Shown in pieces: positions 48,787-62,527 of a stretch of 64,000 nucleotides of DNA (positions within the stretch are counted from its first letter, which is position 1; the number at the start of each line of letters is the position of its first letter). The position numbers and the translations under genes are program-made. The stretch lies in assembly GCF_018350175.1 (NCBI RefSeq), contig NC_058368.1, forward strand, positions 172,424,001 to 172,488,000, given 5' to 3'. Below the pieces are notes generated by a model. That model was given only the letters and a program-made list of their open reading frames with translations, was not told the DNA's origin and searched no databases. This DNA comes from Felis catus. Taxonomy: Eukaryota.

Positions 48787-48974
48787 ATATAGAGAACATA
48801 AAACGGTGGCTGCCCCAACTTTACCATCTAGTGGAGAAAACCCATAAGTAAACAAGTAACCATTGTAGTTTGCCTTTAAATCACTTCTACCTACTGATTC
48901 TCACATGATGGTAGTAATTTTTTGAATTATTTCTGCATTAAAACTTCTTTTCATGGATGGGATTGAAAAAACTA

Positions 48975-49542
48975 CAGCTGACCCTTGAACAACCCTGGGG
49001 TTAGGGGCACTGACCCTCACACAGTTAAAAATCTGTAGATAACTTTTGACTCTCCAAAAACTTAACTACTAATAGCCTAATGTTGATGGGAAGCCCTACA
49101 GAAAACACATATTTGCATGTTATATGTATTATATACTGTATTTTTATAAGAAAGCAAGTTAGACTGGGGCACCTGGGTGGCTCAGTCGGTTAAGCGTTTG
49201 ACTTCGGCTCAGGTCATGATCTCACGACTTGTGGGTTTGAGCCCCACGTCAGGCTCTGTGCTGACAGCTCAAAGCCTGGAGCCTGCCTGCTTCTGATTCT
49301 GTGTCTCCTTCTCTCTCTGCCCCTCCCCTGCTCATGTTCTGTCTCTCAAAAATAAATAAACATTTAAAAAAAGAAGAAAGAAATAAAGCTAGAGAAAAGA
49401 AATTGCTATTAAGAAAATAATGAGGAAGAGAAAATACATCTGTAATACTGTATTTACCAAAAAAAAAAAACAACAAAAAACAACCGATCTGTGTATAAAT
49501 GAACCCATGTAGTTCAACCTTGTGTTTTTGTAGAGTCAACTG
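48975..49542. mobile_element. Tigger2/MER8-family Tc1-mariner derivative, interrupted by a CanSINE (about 49166-49380)
   Basis: Terminal inverted repeats cagctgaccc...agagtcaactg with TA duplications at 48973-48974 and 49543-49544. Confidence 0.85.
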
Positions 49543-49829
49543 TAAGTAAAATGATCCCACAGAAAAGGACACAAATAACAAATCTGTTGTGAACAGTTTC
49601 ACTTAAAAACAATCAAGCAAATCATTTATGAAAAAGAATTTTAATTGTACAAGTTTCCCAACTGAAATAAATGAGAATGTTTCAGTAAGTAAAGAGGAAA
49701 TCACCTCCTCTTACCTCTATCCAATTATTCAATTAAAATTTCTTGGATGAAGTCAACATTAACCAGCAAGGTTCATTTAATCCCAATTTATACCTCCTGT
49801 TTTAAGCAATCAGCTGAGATAGAAGGTAG

Positions 49830-50580
49830 GGGTTTCCCATTCATTCAATAAATACTTATTGTGAACCAACAATGCAGTAGGCACCGGTCTGGTGCAGAGG
49901 ACAGAGAGTAAATGAGTAGGGAGAGACAAACAAGCAAATAAACAATTAATTGGAAATAGAAAACATCCAGCACTGCCTTGGCAGACAGGTGAGTGAGCCA
50001 CTCTGGAAGCAGAGCCCACAGCCCCAGTCGAGCCTTCAGGTGACCCCAGCCCAGGGTGACCCACCCAGCCCTGCCACACTTGGATTAGTGACCCACAGAA
50101 GCTGTGTGAGACAACAAATGCTTGTTGTTTTAAGCCATTAAAGTTTGGGGTGATTTACCGTGCAGCCACAGGTAACTACTACAGAAGAGACCAGGCGAGA
50201 GGCAGAACATGCTGATTTAAACAGGGCAGTCAGGTAAGGCCTCCTTGAGAAGGAGATAGCTAGGCTGAGATAGATAAAATGGAGGCAGCACTGAGTAGAA
50301 GGTGGCAGTAGTGGTAGCAGGATGAAGAATAAATAGCATTGCAGAACAAGGGCACCAAGTGAGGATCCTGAGCTGTATGTGGAGGCCGTGTGGCCAGAGC
50401 TTATTCCTACAGGGAAGTGGGAAAGATGAGGTCACAGAGGCCGTCTTAGCCAAATCGGAAGGGACTCTTGTAAAGAGTTTAAATCATATTCTTAATGCAT
50501 TGGGGATCCTTTGATGAGTCTTTACCAGAAGATTAATGTGATCTGCTCTGTTTTAAAAACCTCCATGGGGCTGCAGTATG
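49830..50580. mobile_element. L2 relic interrupted by an MLT1 LTR fragment (about 49960-50180)
   Basis: cattcattcaataaatactt (L2 end); gtgagtgagccactctggaagc...ttaagccattaaagtttggggtgattt (MLT1). Confidence 0.6.
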
Positions 50581-50809
50581 GGTGAGGAATACTGATGCCT
50601 CATCTGCCATCTACTCTTGAGTTATTCAGAAGCTCAAACAAGAATGATCAGGAATGGTTTGAAAGCATTAGGAATGATGAAAAGACCTAATTACTGTCAC
50701 TATTACTGATGCCATTATTCCAGACTCTGGCCTGGTGTGGCCTCTGGGCTGTTGCAGGGGAGAGAGCAACAGGGGTCTCTGCTGGTTTCTGCAGGACCTC
50801 AGGGCATTT

Positions 50810-50935
50810 CTTTTCTTTTCTTTCTTTCTTTTTTTTTTTTTTTTTTTTTGAGTGGGCTCCACACCCAATGTGGGGCTTGAACTCACAAGACCCTGAGATC
50901 AAGAGTCACTACTGACTGAGCCAGCCAGGTGCCCC
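50810..50935 (-). mobile_element. Short SINE
   Basis: T tail and reverse head gagccagccaggtgcccc. Confidence 0.8.
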
Positions 50936-52655
50936 CTCTGGGCCTTTTCTGAAGCAGTCTCTGAACCTCATTGAACCCAATTCCAAACACAGGAGAGAGT
51001 TATCTACTTGCTAAGCCTAAAATGTTGATGTGGAACAAGAACAAATTTACAGTACAAATATTTGCATTTTGGTATGGGCATGTTTTTTTTTTAATATAAA
51101 CTTAATGTTTTATTATATAGATAATGCTTACTATAGAAAAATGCTCATTTATTATGCAGGTAATGTGAACTGTAGAATAATTAAGAAATGCAAATGTGCA
51201 AAAGAGAAAGAAACCTAAAAACTTCCAGTCACCCCAATTACTCCAAGATAGACACTGTTTTCATGTTGTAAGTGTCCTTCTAGTATCTCCAAGCTTATAT
51301 GTAACATATACTGGTTACTACTAAGATTTTTAAGTCTTTTTCCTTCTCTACTATAAAAGCCATAAGTACTGATTATAGGTAGTTCGGAAGATACAGAAAA
51401 TATAATGAAGAAAATAAGTAGCACCAATAGTGTTACCTCTGTTTCTTTCTGAGAATCTAAAGGCAGCTGATATAATCCATTCAAATCTGCAGCTGTCATT
51501 CAGCACTGCCATTTTACAAATATTCAATTCCCTAATTTCAGCCTCCCTCCTTAGCTTATTAGTAAAGGAAAATGGAAGTTGAGGACTGTTTATTACATAG
51601 AGGATTTTGGCACCATTTTTTGTACCTCCCATTGAAATAAATAAGTTGGGGGTGGGTAGAGAAAAGAGGTTTCTTCTTGCCACAAATTCTAAAGAACAAC
51701 TCCCCTTTGTCATGTTGTAAGGGCAGTAATCTATCTGGAAAAGTATATTAAATTCTGGTTGTCCTGGTTGTCTAAGTTTCTCTCAAAACATATTTCAAAA
51801 CATATTTTTAATCACCTGAATCCAAGTTTGAAATAAAAATTCTTCCCCTCCTAGACATTAGCCATTCTTATTTTCATATGATTCCCTGGACATCCTTTGC
51901 AAAGTCTTTTGTTGCTGTCTTAGGCAACTGCCCAGAATCACAAGTGCTGTGGGCCCAGAGAAACTTAAGTCTCAGTGATAATCTTGCATATTTTATTGAA
52001 CAACTAAAAGCCATTTACTTGATGGAAAGTATTATAATACATGATGCCATTCCAATCAGGGTTTAATTCATTTGAAGGCAGAATTTCAAGAGTGTAAACC
52101 TGTATTTGCTTATAAAAGGAGCCAATCCAAAGTTAAATTTCATAGGAATTTTAAACTATCCAACCATAGCCAACCCTGATATAGTTTTACCCCTCTGTTA
52201 CTACAGTTACCTTTTTGGATTCACTGGAAACGGTTTTAGCCAACAAGCTCTGACAGAGACATAATCTTAATGTACCTGAACTCTAGAAAGCCATGGTGAA
52301 AGCCAGGAATTTGGACTGCATTGTAAAAAGGTAACCTGAGATGATTCTAGGTGGGGGCATGGGGGAAGGGGGAAGGCAATGAGCAAATACAGGAATTAGG
52401 GTTTCATTTACACCTTTGGTTGTAAATTAGATGTTTTGTCTAGATTAAAGCCATTAGTGGTTACAATTGGAGAAAATGTGTTTGAATGTGATATGGTTTG
52501 AATTTTTCACATCTAACTATGAATCAGAACTAGGGATAAGAGTAATATGAGGCATATGGAAGAACTGAAACAGAACCAGGACTGTCTGGTTAAAGGTTAT
52601 ATATGGTTTCATGGTAAAGGGGAAATTAGGACACACAATAGAAATCACTATATGT

Positions 52656-52822
52656 GGAGTACCCGGGTAGCTCAGTTGGTTAAGCATCTGACTCTTGATT
52701 TCGGTTCAGGTTAGGTCATGATCTCACCATTGTGAGACTGAGCCCCACGCTGGGCTTCACGCTGGATATGGAGCCCGCTTAAGATTCTCTCTCTCCCTCT
52801 CCCTCTGCCCCACACTTGCTCA

Positions 52823-52864
<42 letters not shown>

Positions 52865-53040
52865 AAAGTCAATATATATAACTGATGTATAGTTTTGGTG
52901 CTATATTAAGTTTTGTTTTGTTTTGTTTTGTTTTGTTTTGTTTTGTTTTAAGTAAGTTCTATGCCCAATGTGGGGCTTGAACTCATGACCCTGAGATCAA
53001 AAGTTTCATGCTCTACTGACTGAGCCAGCCAGGCACCCCA
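52656..53040. mobile_element. Plus-strand CanSINE (about 52656-52866) and minus-strand short SINE with (TTTTG)n tail (about 52912-53040)
   Basis: TSD tggtgcta.attaagttt for the second. Confidence 0.82.
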
Positions 53041-53604
53041 TGGTGCTACATTAAGTTTACAATGAATTTTCTGTGGTTCTCACTAGAGACTATGGATTCA
53101 GTCATCCCCGATACTGTCATCTTCATAAATTCCGTGTTAATGAACCCCTTCAATTATTGTTAAACATAAGATATCTGAATTGGGGTGGGGGATGTCAGAC
53201 CATTTAGAGTCAAGATTCTGTAAATGGTCCCTCATTTCAGAATTCTGCCTTAATAAGGCCTATTTCTATAATGAAACAATTTTATTCACATATAATTTCC
53301 TGCAGAGTTTCTTTGAAAAGAATACTTTGATAAACCACAAAGGGTGGAAATGTAAGATGCTAAGGACCTGTTTAGTAACAAAGGATGGTTTCTACACTAC
53401 AACATATAGTATTAGGAGAGGAATTGGCATCCCTCCTCTGAAAGAGAAGGACATAGAGAAGAGTGGGCAAGGGTTCTGCTGGGGAAAAGGGTGTAGAACA
53501 TAGAGAGAAAAGCCTCAGATCTGGGATGGAGATGGTCTCCAGAGGACATAAGTATCTAATATGGACTCTCAAACTCCTTGCTTAAGAAGAGGTGTGTATG
53601 GGCA

Positions 53605-53606
<2 letters not shown>

Positions 53607-53691
<85 letters not shown>
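53607..53691 (+). repeat. (TG)n(GA)n compound microsatellite
   Basis: Directly visible. Confidence 0.95.
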
Positions 53692-53696
<5 letters not shown>

Positions 53697-53763
53697 CATG
53701 TGACACAAATCTCTCCGTGTCCTCATCCCTTACAGAATCTATGTTGCTCACCAATTCATTTGT

Positions 53764-53879
53764 TGTTGTTGTTTGTAAGATTTTATTTTTAAGCAATTTC
53801 TATACTCAACTTGGGGCTCAAACCCACAACCCCAAGATCAAGAGTCCCATGCTCTACTGACTGAGCCAGGCAGGGGGCC
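53764..53879 (-). mobile_element. Short SINE
   Basis: 19-bp TSD tgctcaccaattcatttgt on both sides. Confidence 0.85.
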
Positions 53880-54888
53880 TGCTCACCAATTCATTTGTGA
53901 ACATAGATTCCTCTTCTCTGAGTTCCAATTCAGAGTTTCAATAAGGACAAAATTAGAGACAGCACAGACAGATCCTGAAACTGAAGGACAAAGAGGCAGT
54001 TGACATTTGGGTTATTATAACCCTACTACTACTAATTATTATTATATTTAACATGAAACACATTACACTGACATCTGTAAACACAGAATACAATCTAACA
54101 ACAAAATGATTCTTCTTAGAAGTAAAACTGATGCATACTTCATGGACCCGCTAATCCTTTTCTGCCTCATTCATTGGCAGTGTTTATTTCCTCTTGAGTG
54201 TATATGAATGCCACTCTTACAAGCAGGCAGTGCCTTCCCCCAACCTTCAGAGAAACAAATGGCACAATAAGTGATAACAAGTTGGGGGAGGGCTGGAGAG
54301 GGTCAGGGGGAGGGGCTGGCCATCTAAGGTTTAGAGGAGATGATCCAGGCAAGATCCAGCACAGAAATATCCAGCACATCATACACACTTAACAAATGTG
54401 ACCGATTAGTAGTAGTAGCAATAGTAGGAGCCGTTAGTCCTTCTGCCTGCTTCTGTCTCTAGCGACAAGTTTGGCCCTTATCCATGGCACAAAGATAATT
54501 ACCTCAAAGACCCAAGAGGCACAGGACTGGGGAAGAGATTCTCCTTTGCCCCCGAAGAATCTACTGACAAGTTAAAGTGAGGGTCCACCTCTCTCACTAC
54601 TACCTCTTCTCTCCGCCTTTAAGTTTAGCTGAAGAAAGCCTGTGCCATTCCCAGCAATTAGACTGAGGCCCCTGCGTTCCAAATGCATCTTTGATAGATG
54701 CCTGTAACTGCATTACAGTGGCAGGTGCATTTCTCTCAGCATTTAATGCTAATCTTCCCTGTCATCTAGGTATAAATAACTACACAACCATGTCAGGAGG
54801 CCCCACCATAAATCCACTAGGGGTTTTAATTACTCTCCAGTGACAATGTCTTATACAAAATCAGACACATGAAAACCTAACCAATGAA

Positions 54889-54917
54889 TGTGTGTGTGTG
54901 CACGTGCGCGCTTGCGT

Positions 54918-54970
<53 letters not shown>
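54889..54970 (+). repeat. (TG)n/(CG) plus (GA)n compound microsatellite
   Basis: Directly visible. Confidence 0.95.
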
Positions 54971-54974
<4 letters not shown>

Positions 54975-55174
54975 TGCAGTCTATCCCCAGAACAGCCAGA
55001 TTATCTGTGCTGTACTTGGAAGGAAGAAGGTCAGAAACCTTTACCCAGTTCAGGGTGTGTGAGACAGCAGCACGCCCTGTAGGTCTGGCCAGGAGAAGGG
55101 AGGATTTTGTGATGGCACCACCTGCAGCATCCTTCCTTCCTCTGGGGGCACATAAATGATGGTCACAAATTCAT

Positions 55175-55390
55175 GCTGCAGAGTCAGGAGACCTGGGTTC
55201 AAATCTCAGTCCATTGCATCCTCACTGTTTCACCGCAAGCAACCTCTCTAACCCTCAAATTCCTCATCTGTAAACGGGGATCATAACCATACATAAGGCA
55301 TAAGGTTATTGTGAGGATTAAGCAAGATAACCTATGCATAGTACTGAACACAATACAAGGTGTCCAGTAAGTCCTCGATAAATATTAGCA
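55175..55390 (+). mobile_element. MIR
   Basis: gagtcaggagacctgggttcaaatctcag...cctcatctgtaaacgggga...ttgtgaggattaag. Confidence 0.8.
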
Positions 55391-56164
55391 ACAGCAGGAG
55401 AAATGCAGAGGGAACCCCCATCCCCATGGAGCAAAGCACGGGCTGTCATGAGGGTCCGGGTATCCTTTCTCCCACCCAGGCCTCTGGTTGGGTGAATCCG
55501 AAAAAAGCATCTTATCTCCCACAAGTACTTAAAAATAAACATAGTGAACAAACACTTCAAACGCTTAAAAAATATATATATGTATGTATACGAACACAAC
55601 TGCTATAGATCTCACTAATTCAGAAACAAGCCCCGGATGTTTATTCTATGTCCCTTTTATAAATCTAGGGACTCACGTAATCCAGCTTCACAAGGTTATC
55701 CCTTTCAAAGAAACGATGACTAGAAGTAATTTAAAGTAAATCAAACTCTTTATTTAGGTTCCTCAGATTCCGTCTTAAGTAGACTCATAAATAATACACT
55801 GATGTACTTCTCAGCGTCCCTTTGCTTTCCTCTTGAACTCCGTGCCATGATTCAGTGTCATTGGAACTTCTGTCTTCAATACTCCAGAACTCTGCAAACA
55901 CATAGTCTCATGGCTGCATGGTCTCTAAAGCTGCTCCCCCAGCCCCCTCTCTTTATCATACAGACCTGCTCCACCTCTGTCAGCAAGCAGGGCTCCTACT
56001 ACTTAGGAGCTGAAAGAGAGGTAAACAGAGTTAGTTGAAACATGATTCTCCTTAGTGATCATGGTCCAGGGGGCAGCTCTGTAGACTTGGGTAAATGATT
56101 TTTGCCTCTGCATATGCAGAATACAAGAATCCTTCACTCACTGTACTTTTCTTCTTCCTCATTC

Positions 56165-56215
56165 TTTTTTTAGAAGTTTTTTTATTGTGAGAGAGAAAGA
56201 GAGAGCAGGTGGAGG

Positions 56216-56261
<46 letters not shown>

Positions 56262-56383
56262 CAAGCAGGCTCCCTGCTGTCAGTGCAGAGCCTGAGGTGG
56301 GTTCAATCCCACAAACCCTGAGGTCATGACCTGAGGTGAAATCAAGAGTCAGACGCTTAACCAACTGAGCCATCCAGGAGCCC
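56165..56383 (-). mobile_element. CanSINE
   Basis: Reverse SINE; TSD cctcattctt. Confidence 0.85.
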
Positions 56384-56894
56384 TTTCTCCCTCATTCTTA
56401 ACTCATGACTTCATTTGCAAATGGAAAGATGCAAAGCTAGGAAACATTATTCCCCCAAAATTAGGGATGTATATTTCCCACCTTTCCTTAATCTTTAAAA
56501 AAGAAAGAGGACATTAAGATGTGAACAACTAACTCTATTGTTAGAGCCCCACTGAGAAGTGATAGGAAGAAGGATGGAAAAGAAACTACACAGAATGACA
56601 GACAGGATGCTTGCCAAGCAGCTGATTTGTATTCATAAAACACTTCAGACATAAATGGTTTGTCTGATGTGGAGAAGACTCCTCCCTTCCTCCCCTACAC
56701 AAAAGAAGGGCAGAGAGATGTGGAGACAGTGGTAATTGTCGGGTGTGTACATATGGGGCCACTGCCCTCTAGTGTACACTTTAATATTCACAAAATTCCT
56801 TTATCCTGGCAAACCAGAGAGGTCTTACCCCAAAGGCAGTAGAAAACAGAATAAAACATGAACCCCTGTTGAACTATTCCGCAGAATCATTTTT

Positions 56895-57281
56895 TAAGAT
56901 TTTATTTATTTTTTTTTAATTTTTTAAAAATGTTTATTTGTTTTTGAGACAGAGAGAGACACAGCATGAGGAGGGAAGGGGCAGAGAGAGAGGGAGACAC
57001 AGAATGTGAAGCAGGCTCCAGGCTCTGAGCTGTCAGCACAGAGCCCGACGCGGGGCTCGAACCCATGAACTGAGAGATCATGACCTGAGCCGAAGTCGGA
57101 CGCTTAACCGACTGAGCCACCAGGCGCCCCTAGATTTTATTTTTAAGTAATCTCTACACCCTATATGGGGCTCGAACTCACAACCACAAGATCAAGAGTC
57201 ACACGCTTCACACACTGAGCCAGCCAAATACCCCCTCCCACAAAATCATTTAAAAAATTTTTGTTTAAATGTTTACTTATT

Positions 57282-57339
<58 letters not shown>

Positions 57340-57502
57340 AGCAGGGAAGGGGCAGAGAGAAAGGGAGACACAGAAGCTGAAGCAGGCTCCAGGCTGTGAG
57401 CTGTCAGCACAGAGCCCGACATGGGGCTCGAACTCATGAACCGTGAGATCATGACCTGAGTCGAAGTCAGACACTTAACCGACTAAGCCACCCAGGCGCC
57501 CC
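56895..57502 (-). mobile_element. Stack of three minus-strand SINEs (about 56900-57130, 57131-57235, 57250-57502)
   Basis: Three reverse heads; tccc/gca(g/a)aatcattt repeated three times. Confidence 0.88.
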
Positions 57503-58189
57503 TCCCACAGAATCATTTTTAAAAATTACTGAGAGAGTAAGATCCAATGGCTGCCTGTCACCTCGCTATCTGTTGATATCCACACTCTTATCAGGCCCTA
57601 AAAGTGAATTTATTGTTTCAGTCCAACAGGTTGCCAAAGGGCAGAAGAGATGCTAAAAATATTTAACAACTGGTGTGGCACAGTCAGCAGGATCTAGAAC
57701 ACATGCCTGCAAGATGCCAGGTGGCAGCAGTGCCAGGCCCCTGCAGGGCAGTCCTTACCCCTTACAGGCTGAATCATGGGGGGGTTGCGGGGTCCTGGGA
57801 GACAGCACCAGGTAGCAAGGACAGTGGGGGCCTGATACAGAAGTATGCCAATATTTTAATAACTGGTTGTCTGTACTAGGGAGTTCTGGCTGAATGTTAG
57901 CTCTATAAAGGAGAGTAGAGGACATAAGAACAACAACCCAGCACCACACAGCAGAGCAGAAGAGTGACCCAGAGCCCAGTAGCAAAGATCCGAAGGAGAG
58001 GACGCAGGGGTCCCTCGTTACCCACCGGCAGCTGTCCCTTCTCTTGCCAGTGGTGAGGGACATCTCCTAGTCCTAGGGAGGGCATGGTGGGGTGTGAGGA
58101 AACCCACCCTCTAGTCTAGGTTTTACTACTTCTCTCTATGTGACATTAAAAGGATATTTTGATCTGGGCCTCTACACCTCCATTTTTTA

Positions 58190-58393
58190 TTAAAAAAAAA
58201 ATTATTTTTGAGACAGAGAGAGACAGAGCATGAACGGGGGAGGGTCAGAGAGAGGGAGACATAGAATCTGAAACAGGCTCCAGGCTCTGAGCTGTCAGCA
58301 CAGAGCCCAACGCGGGGCTCGAACTCACGGACCGTGAAGTCATGACCTGAGCCGAAGTTGGCCGCTTAACCGACTGAGCCACCCAGGTGCCCC
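58190..58393 (-). mobile_element. CanSINE
   Basis: TSD tacacctccatttttt. Confidence 0.9.
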
Positions 58394-60218
58394 TACACCT
58401 CCATTTTTTAAATGGAGGGTTTGGACAAAGGCAGGAATTATTACCTTTTTGCATGATCTGATATTTTCAAGTGAATTCTACTTATAAGATTACTCGGCAT
58501 AATTTTTAACAACATCTTTGAGACAGCTTGTGGCTCATAAAAAAGTGCTCAATATCTGGAAATCTCAAAATCTTGAGAGATGTCATTTCTTCAGAATGTT
58601 TTAAGTTTTTGTTTCCAAATTCCACCCCAAACTTATCCACTTGTAAGTAACTCTTGAGGCTTATTTCTGATAATTAGGTGGGGAAAACAGCAATAACAAC
58701 CACGAATATTTACTGAGCACCTATCTGCATGAGACATTGTATTAAGCCCTTTCTATGCATTACCTTGTCCTATTTCCAGGACCACCATATGAGGAGGGTA
58801 TCATTATTCCTATTTTGTGAGAACACAGATACTAGCAGAGGCTAAATGACTTGCCCAATGTGAGACATACAAGCACAGTATATGTGGCTGAAGTCCACAT
58901 CCACAGTTACTCTGCTAGAGAACGTCATCCATGCCCAAGTTCCCACTGGTAAATGGAGAAATGGGAAAAACAAGAACAACTGTGAATTCCTCCATGAAGT
59001 TAAATTTACCTTTTCCATGTATTATTTAGAGATGCCTACCTACCTACCTACCTTTGTGCCAAAAAAGTCCTCTTGTTTATGGAATGATGGTGGTATTAGA
59101 TGGTAGTTTAGAGTGGCTTTTGATTTTTGGCAACATACAAAGTTGGCAAGTCTCAAGTTTTTGAAATGTTATTGGTCCATGGATTTGCAATATCTGGGAG
59201 TCATTATTCTCCAGTAGAATGAACATGTGTTATGCAGGGACTCTGTTCATTCCCAAGAGTAAAAGCTTCAAAAGGATGGTATGCCTGTCTTTTGTGCATC
59301 TTACTGGTGATAATTTGTTGATAGGGAGAGTCAGGTTATCATTTCTTCACAATCCAAATAAACTAGAGGGGAGAAAGAAGAGGATTCCTCGGCCACCCTA
59401 TAAGTTGGTCAGTCATTCCATTTGTGACAAAGACGTGGAAACAGAAGCTAAACTAAGAGCAGAGGGGGGAAGTAAGAATAAGTTCAGATTCTGCTAAATA
59501 AGAACAGAGAACCTCCCCAGAGAAAACCAATAACTTACACCACTGCTCCTGTATTTGTAGATTTTATGCTAACAATAGCAATAATAGTGAAGCATCCTTT
59601 GAGAGCATCTTCATTTTCACAAATAAAGACCTTTGTCAAATTTAAAATTCTCCCTATAACAAGTATTGTAATTTCAATAGGATGTTAGAACTTAATCTTA
59701 AATTTATCACTGTGGAGTACTTCAGAGATTAAAAAGTACTTTGAAGGCTTTTTAATAACTCAGTCTTTACGAAGAATTAGTATACACCAGAATAAATAAT
59801 CTCTGTACAATTATGGAGATCTCCCAAAAGGCAAATAAATATCCAGAGAAATAACTCTTCCACTCTAGTGCCTTTTTTTTTTTTTGGTGGCAACTTCTGT
59901 ATGCTTCCATGCTATGAAAAGCATGAACTGCAATGATAGTTTGTGTATACATCCATGTTATCTTTTATACTGACCAAGGATTGAGCTAAGGTGACTCGTT
60001 TGTAAAACCTGGCAGAGCTTGCCACCACTGGTTCCAAGTTTTCCTGGAGATGTAAAGAATTTCTTTGGGACTAAGGGATTTACAGGACTCTATATTTCTT
60101 TCTATTCCCTTCCAGGAAGCACCAGCTTCAGGACCTAAAACACATAGGGAGATTTTTCTCAAGAAGAGAGTTGAGGGTGGTGGGGTGGAGGTAGGTATAA
60201 TAGACAAAGAATAAAAGG

Positions 60219-60264
<46 letters not shown>

Positions 60265-60269
60265 GTGTC

Positions 60270-60943
60270 TGTGTGTTTATTTCTTGTGAAGTCAGCTAAC
60301 AGTGTAGTCTTGGCTTCAGGAGTAGATAACCATGATTCATCACTTACATAAAACACCCAGTGCTCATCCCAACAAGTGCCCTTCTCAATCCCTCCACCAA
60401 TTTTCCCCACCCCCATCAACCTTCAGTTTGTTCTCTGTATTTAAAAGTCTCTTATGGTTTGCTTCCCTCTCTGTTTGTATCTTATTTTTCCTTACCTTCC
60501 CCTATGGTCTTCTGTTAAGTTTCTCAAATTCCACATATAAGTGAAATCATATGATATTAGTCTTTCTCTGATCGACTTATTTCCCTTAGCATAATACCCT
60601 CCAGTTCCAACCACATTGTTGCAAATGGCAAGAGTTCATTCTTTTTCATTGGCGAGTAGTATTCCATTGTATGTATAAACCACATCTTCTTTATCCATTC
60701 ATCAGTTGATAGACATTTGGGCTCTTTCCATAATTTGGATATTGTTGATAGTGCTGCTATAAATATTGGGGTACATGTGCCTTTACAAATCAGCACTTCT
60801 GTGTCCTCTGGATAAATTCCTAGTAGTGCTATTGCTGGGTTGTAGGGTAATTCTATTTTTAATTTTCTGAGGAACCTCCACATTGTTTTCCAAAGTGACT
60901 GCACCAGTTTGAATTTCTACCACCAGTGCAAGAGGTTTCCCCT
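60270..60943 (-). mobile_element. 5'-truncated carnivore L1 (ORF2 C-terminus and 3' UTR), with (TG)n at about 60220-60262
   Basis: ORF 60557-60904 ([31 protein letters not shown]...) is the L1 ORF2 C-terminus. Confidence 0.92.
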
Positions 60944-61257
60944 GAAGAAAATGATTCAATGTCCTATAAGAAATAAGAAAGGAAAAAGCTAGTAGGAGGC
61001 TGACTGGGTCTAGCCTAATCTAAAGGTAATGATGGGGTAATTTACATGGCAACCAGTAAGTGCTGCATTTGTTAACTCCTACCCTATCCTATCCTATCCA
61101 GCAGTAAATAAAAAAAAAAAAAAGAATAGAGTGTCAAAGTATAATTTTCAATAAAAGGAAAAACCATGACATTCATATAAATATAGAATGAACATTCTAT
61201 ATTTTTCTAAGATTTATTGAAGAACCTAGCAGGATGGTAATGCTGATTCAAAGGACA

Positions 61258-61665
61258 GGAGTCACCATGCTCAGTCGGTTGAGCATTCGACTTCGGCTCA
61301 GGTCATGAACTCATGGTTCGCGAATTCAAACCCCATGTCGGGCTCTGTGCTGACAGCTCAGAGCCTGGAGCCTGCTTTGGATTCTGTTCCTCCCTCTCTC
61401 TCTGCCCCTCCCCCGCTTGCGTTCTGTCTCTCCCTCTGTCAAAAATAAATGAACATTAAAATTAAAACAAAAACAAACACAAAGGATAGGAGAAGCTATA
61501 TAAACAATGGGAAAAATGCTGGAATAAGACGTCAAAGTTAGTTACGAAACTGGTTAATGGGGACGCCTGGCTCGCTCAGTCGCCATTATGACTCAGCGTA
61601 TGACTCTTGATCTCGGGCTCATGAGTTTGAGCCCCACATTGGGTATAGAGATTACTTAAAAAAAA
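61258..61665 (+). mobile_element. CanSINE (about 61258-61480) and short SINE (about 61559-61665)
   Basis: SINE bodies; TSD aaactggttaatg for the second. Confidence 0.82.
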
Positions 61666-61831
61666 CTGGTTAATGTCTTATCAGAGCAAATAAAATGTGA
61701 CATTTGAGGTTATATTTTCTGCTTGGAAAAAAAATAATTTGCATCTTTACCTAGACAAAAATCATTTGATAATTTACCAATCTTCTGCAAATTCATATCC
61801 AGATTTATAGAGTCTAGATCCTAATTAATAG

Positions 61832-62527
61832 TGTAGTGGAGGAAAAATAATTTTCCCCTCTACCCTTCTTTTTTTTAGATTTTATTTTTAAGTAATCTCT
61901 ACACCCAATGTGAGGCTTGAACTCACAACCTAGAGATGAAGAGTCACATGCTCCATTGACTGAATCAGCCAGGTGCCCCTTCCCTCTACCCTTCTGAGTT
62001 CTTAGTGGAGACCTCTATAATAAATAAATTAACAAGAGGAAAAGAACCAAAAGTTTATTAACATGTATACAATGGAGATGCCCAGAAAAAATGAATACCT
62101 CCCTGAGGTGGCTTAGAATTCAGGATTAAATACTATCTTAATAGGGAAAGGGTAGGGGGATATAGGACTCTCAGGGGGAGAGTAAACTACTTTTAGGAAA
62201 GATGAATGGACTCTTAGAAGAATAGATGGAAGGAATGGCAGTTTGTGATCAAGTTTGGGTGTGGGGTCAAATTCTAGTCTTCTCTCCTGTAATAGGAGTC
62301 AATTTGCTCTAGTTGATGAACTTCTGGGAGGGGATCAATTTGAGTTCCTTTTGGAGAAACTCCTTTAGTCAGATAAAGGGAGTTCAGAGAAAGTCTCTCC
62401 CTGAACTTGCTGTTTTTTCAAGGCCTAAAGCTCAAAATAATCAAAATACCAAAGTGGCACATCTGGAGGTGACATGTCCTTAACTCTGACACTCATATTT
62501 TGGGGTGGCATTTTCTATTCTCCTTCA
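61832..62527 (-). mobile_element. ERV1 solo LTR (MER34-like), interrupted by a short SINE at about 61870-61980
   Basis: Minus strand begins TGAAGGAGAATAGAAAATGCCACCCCAAAATATG (MER34-like 5' end) and ends in CA; SINE TSD-like ccctctacccttct. Confidence 0.65.
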
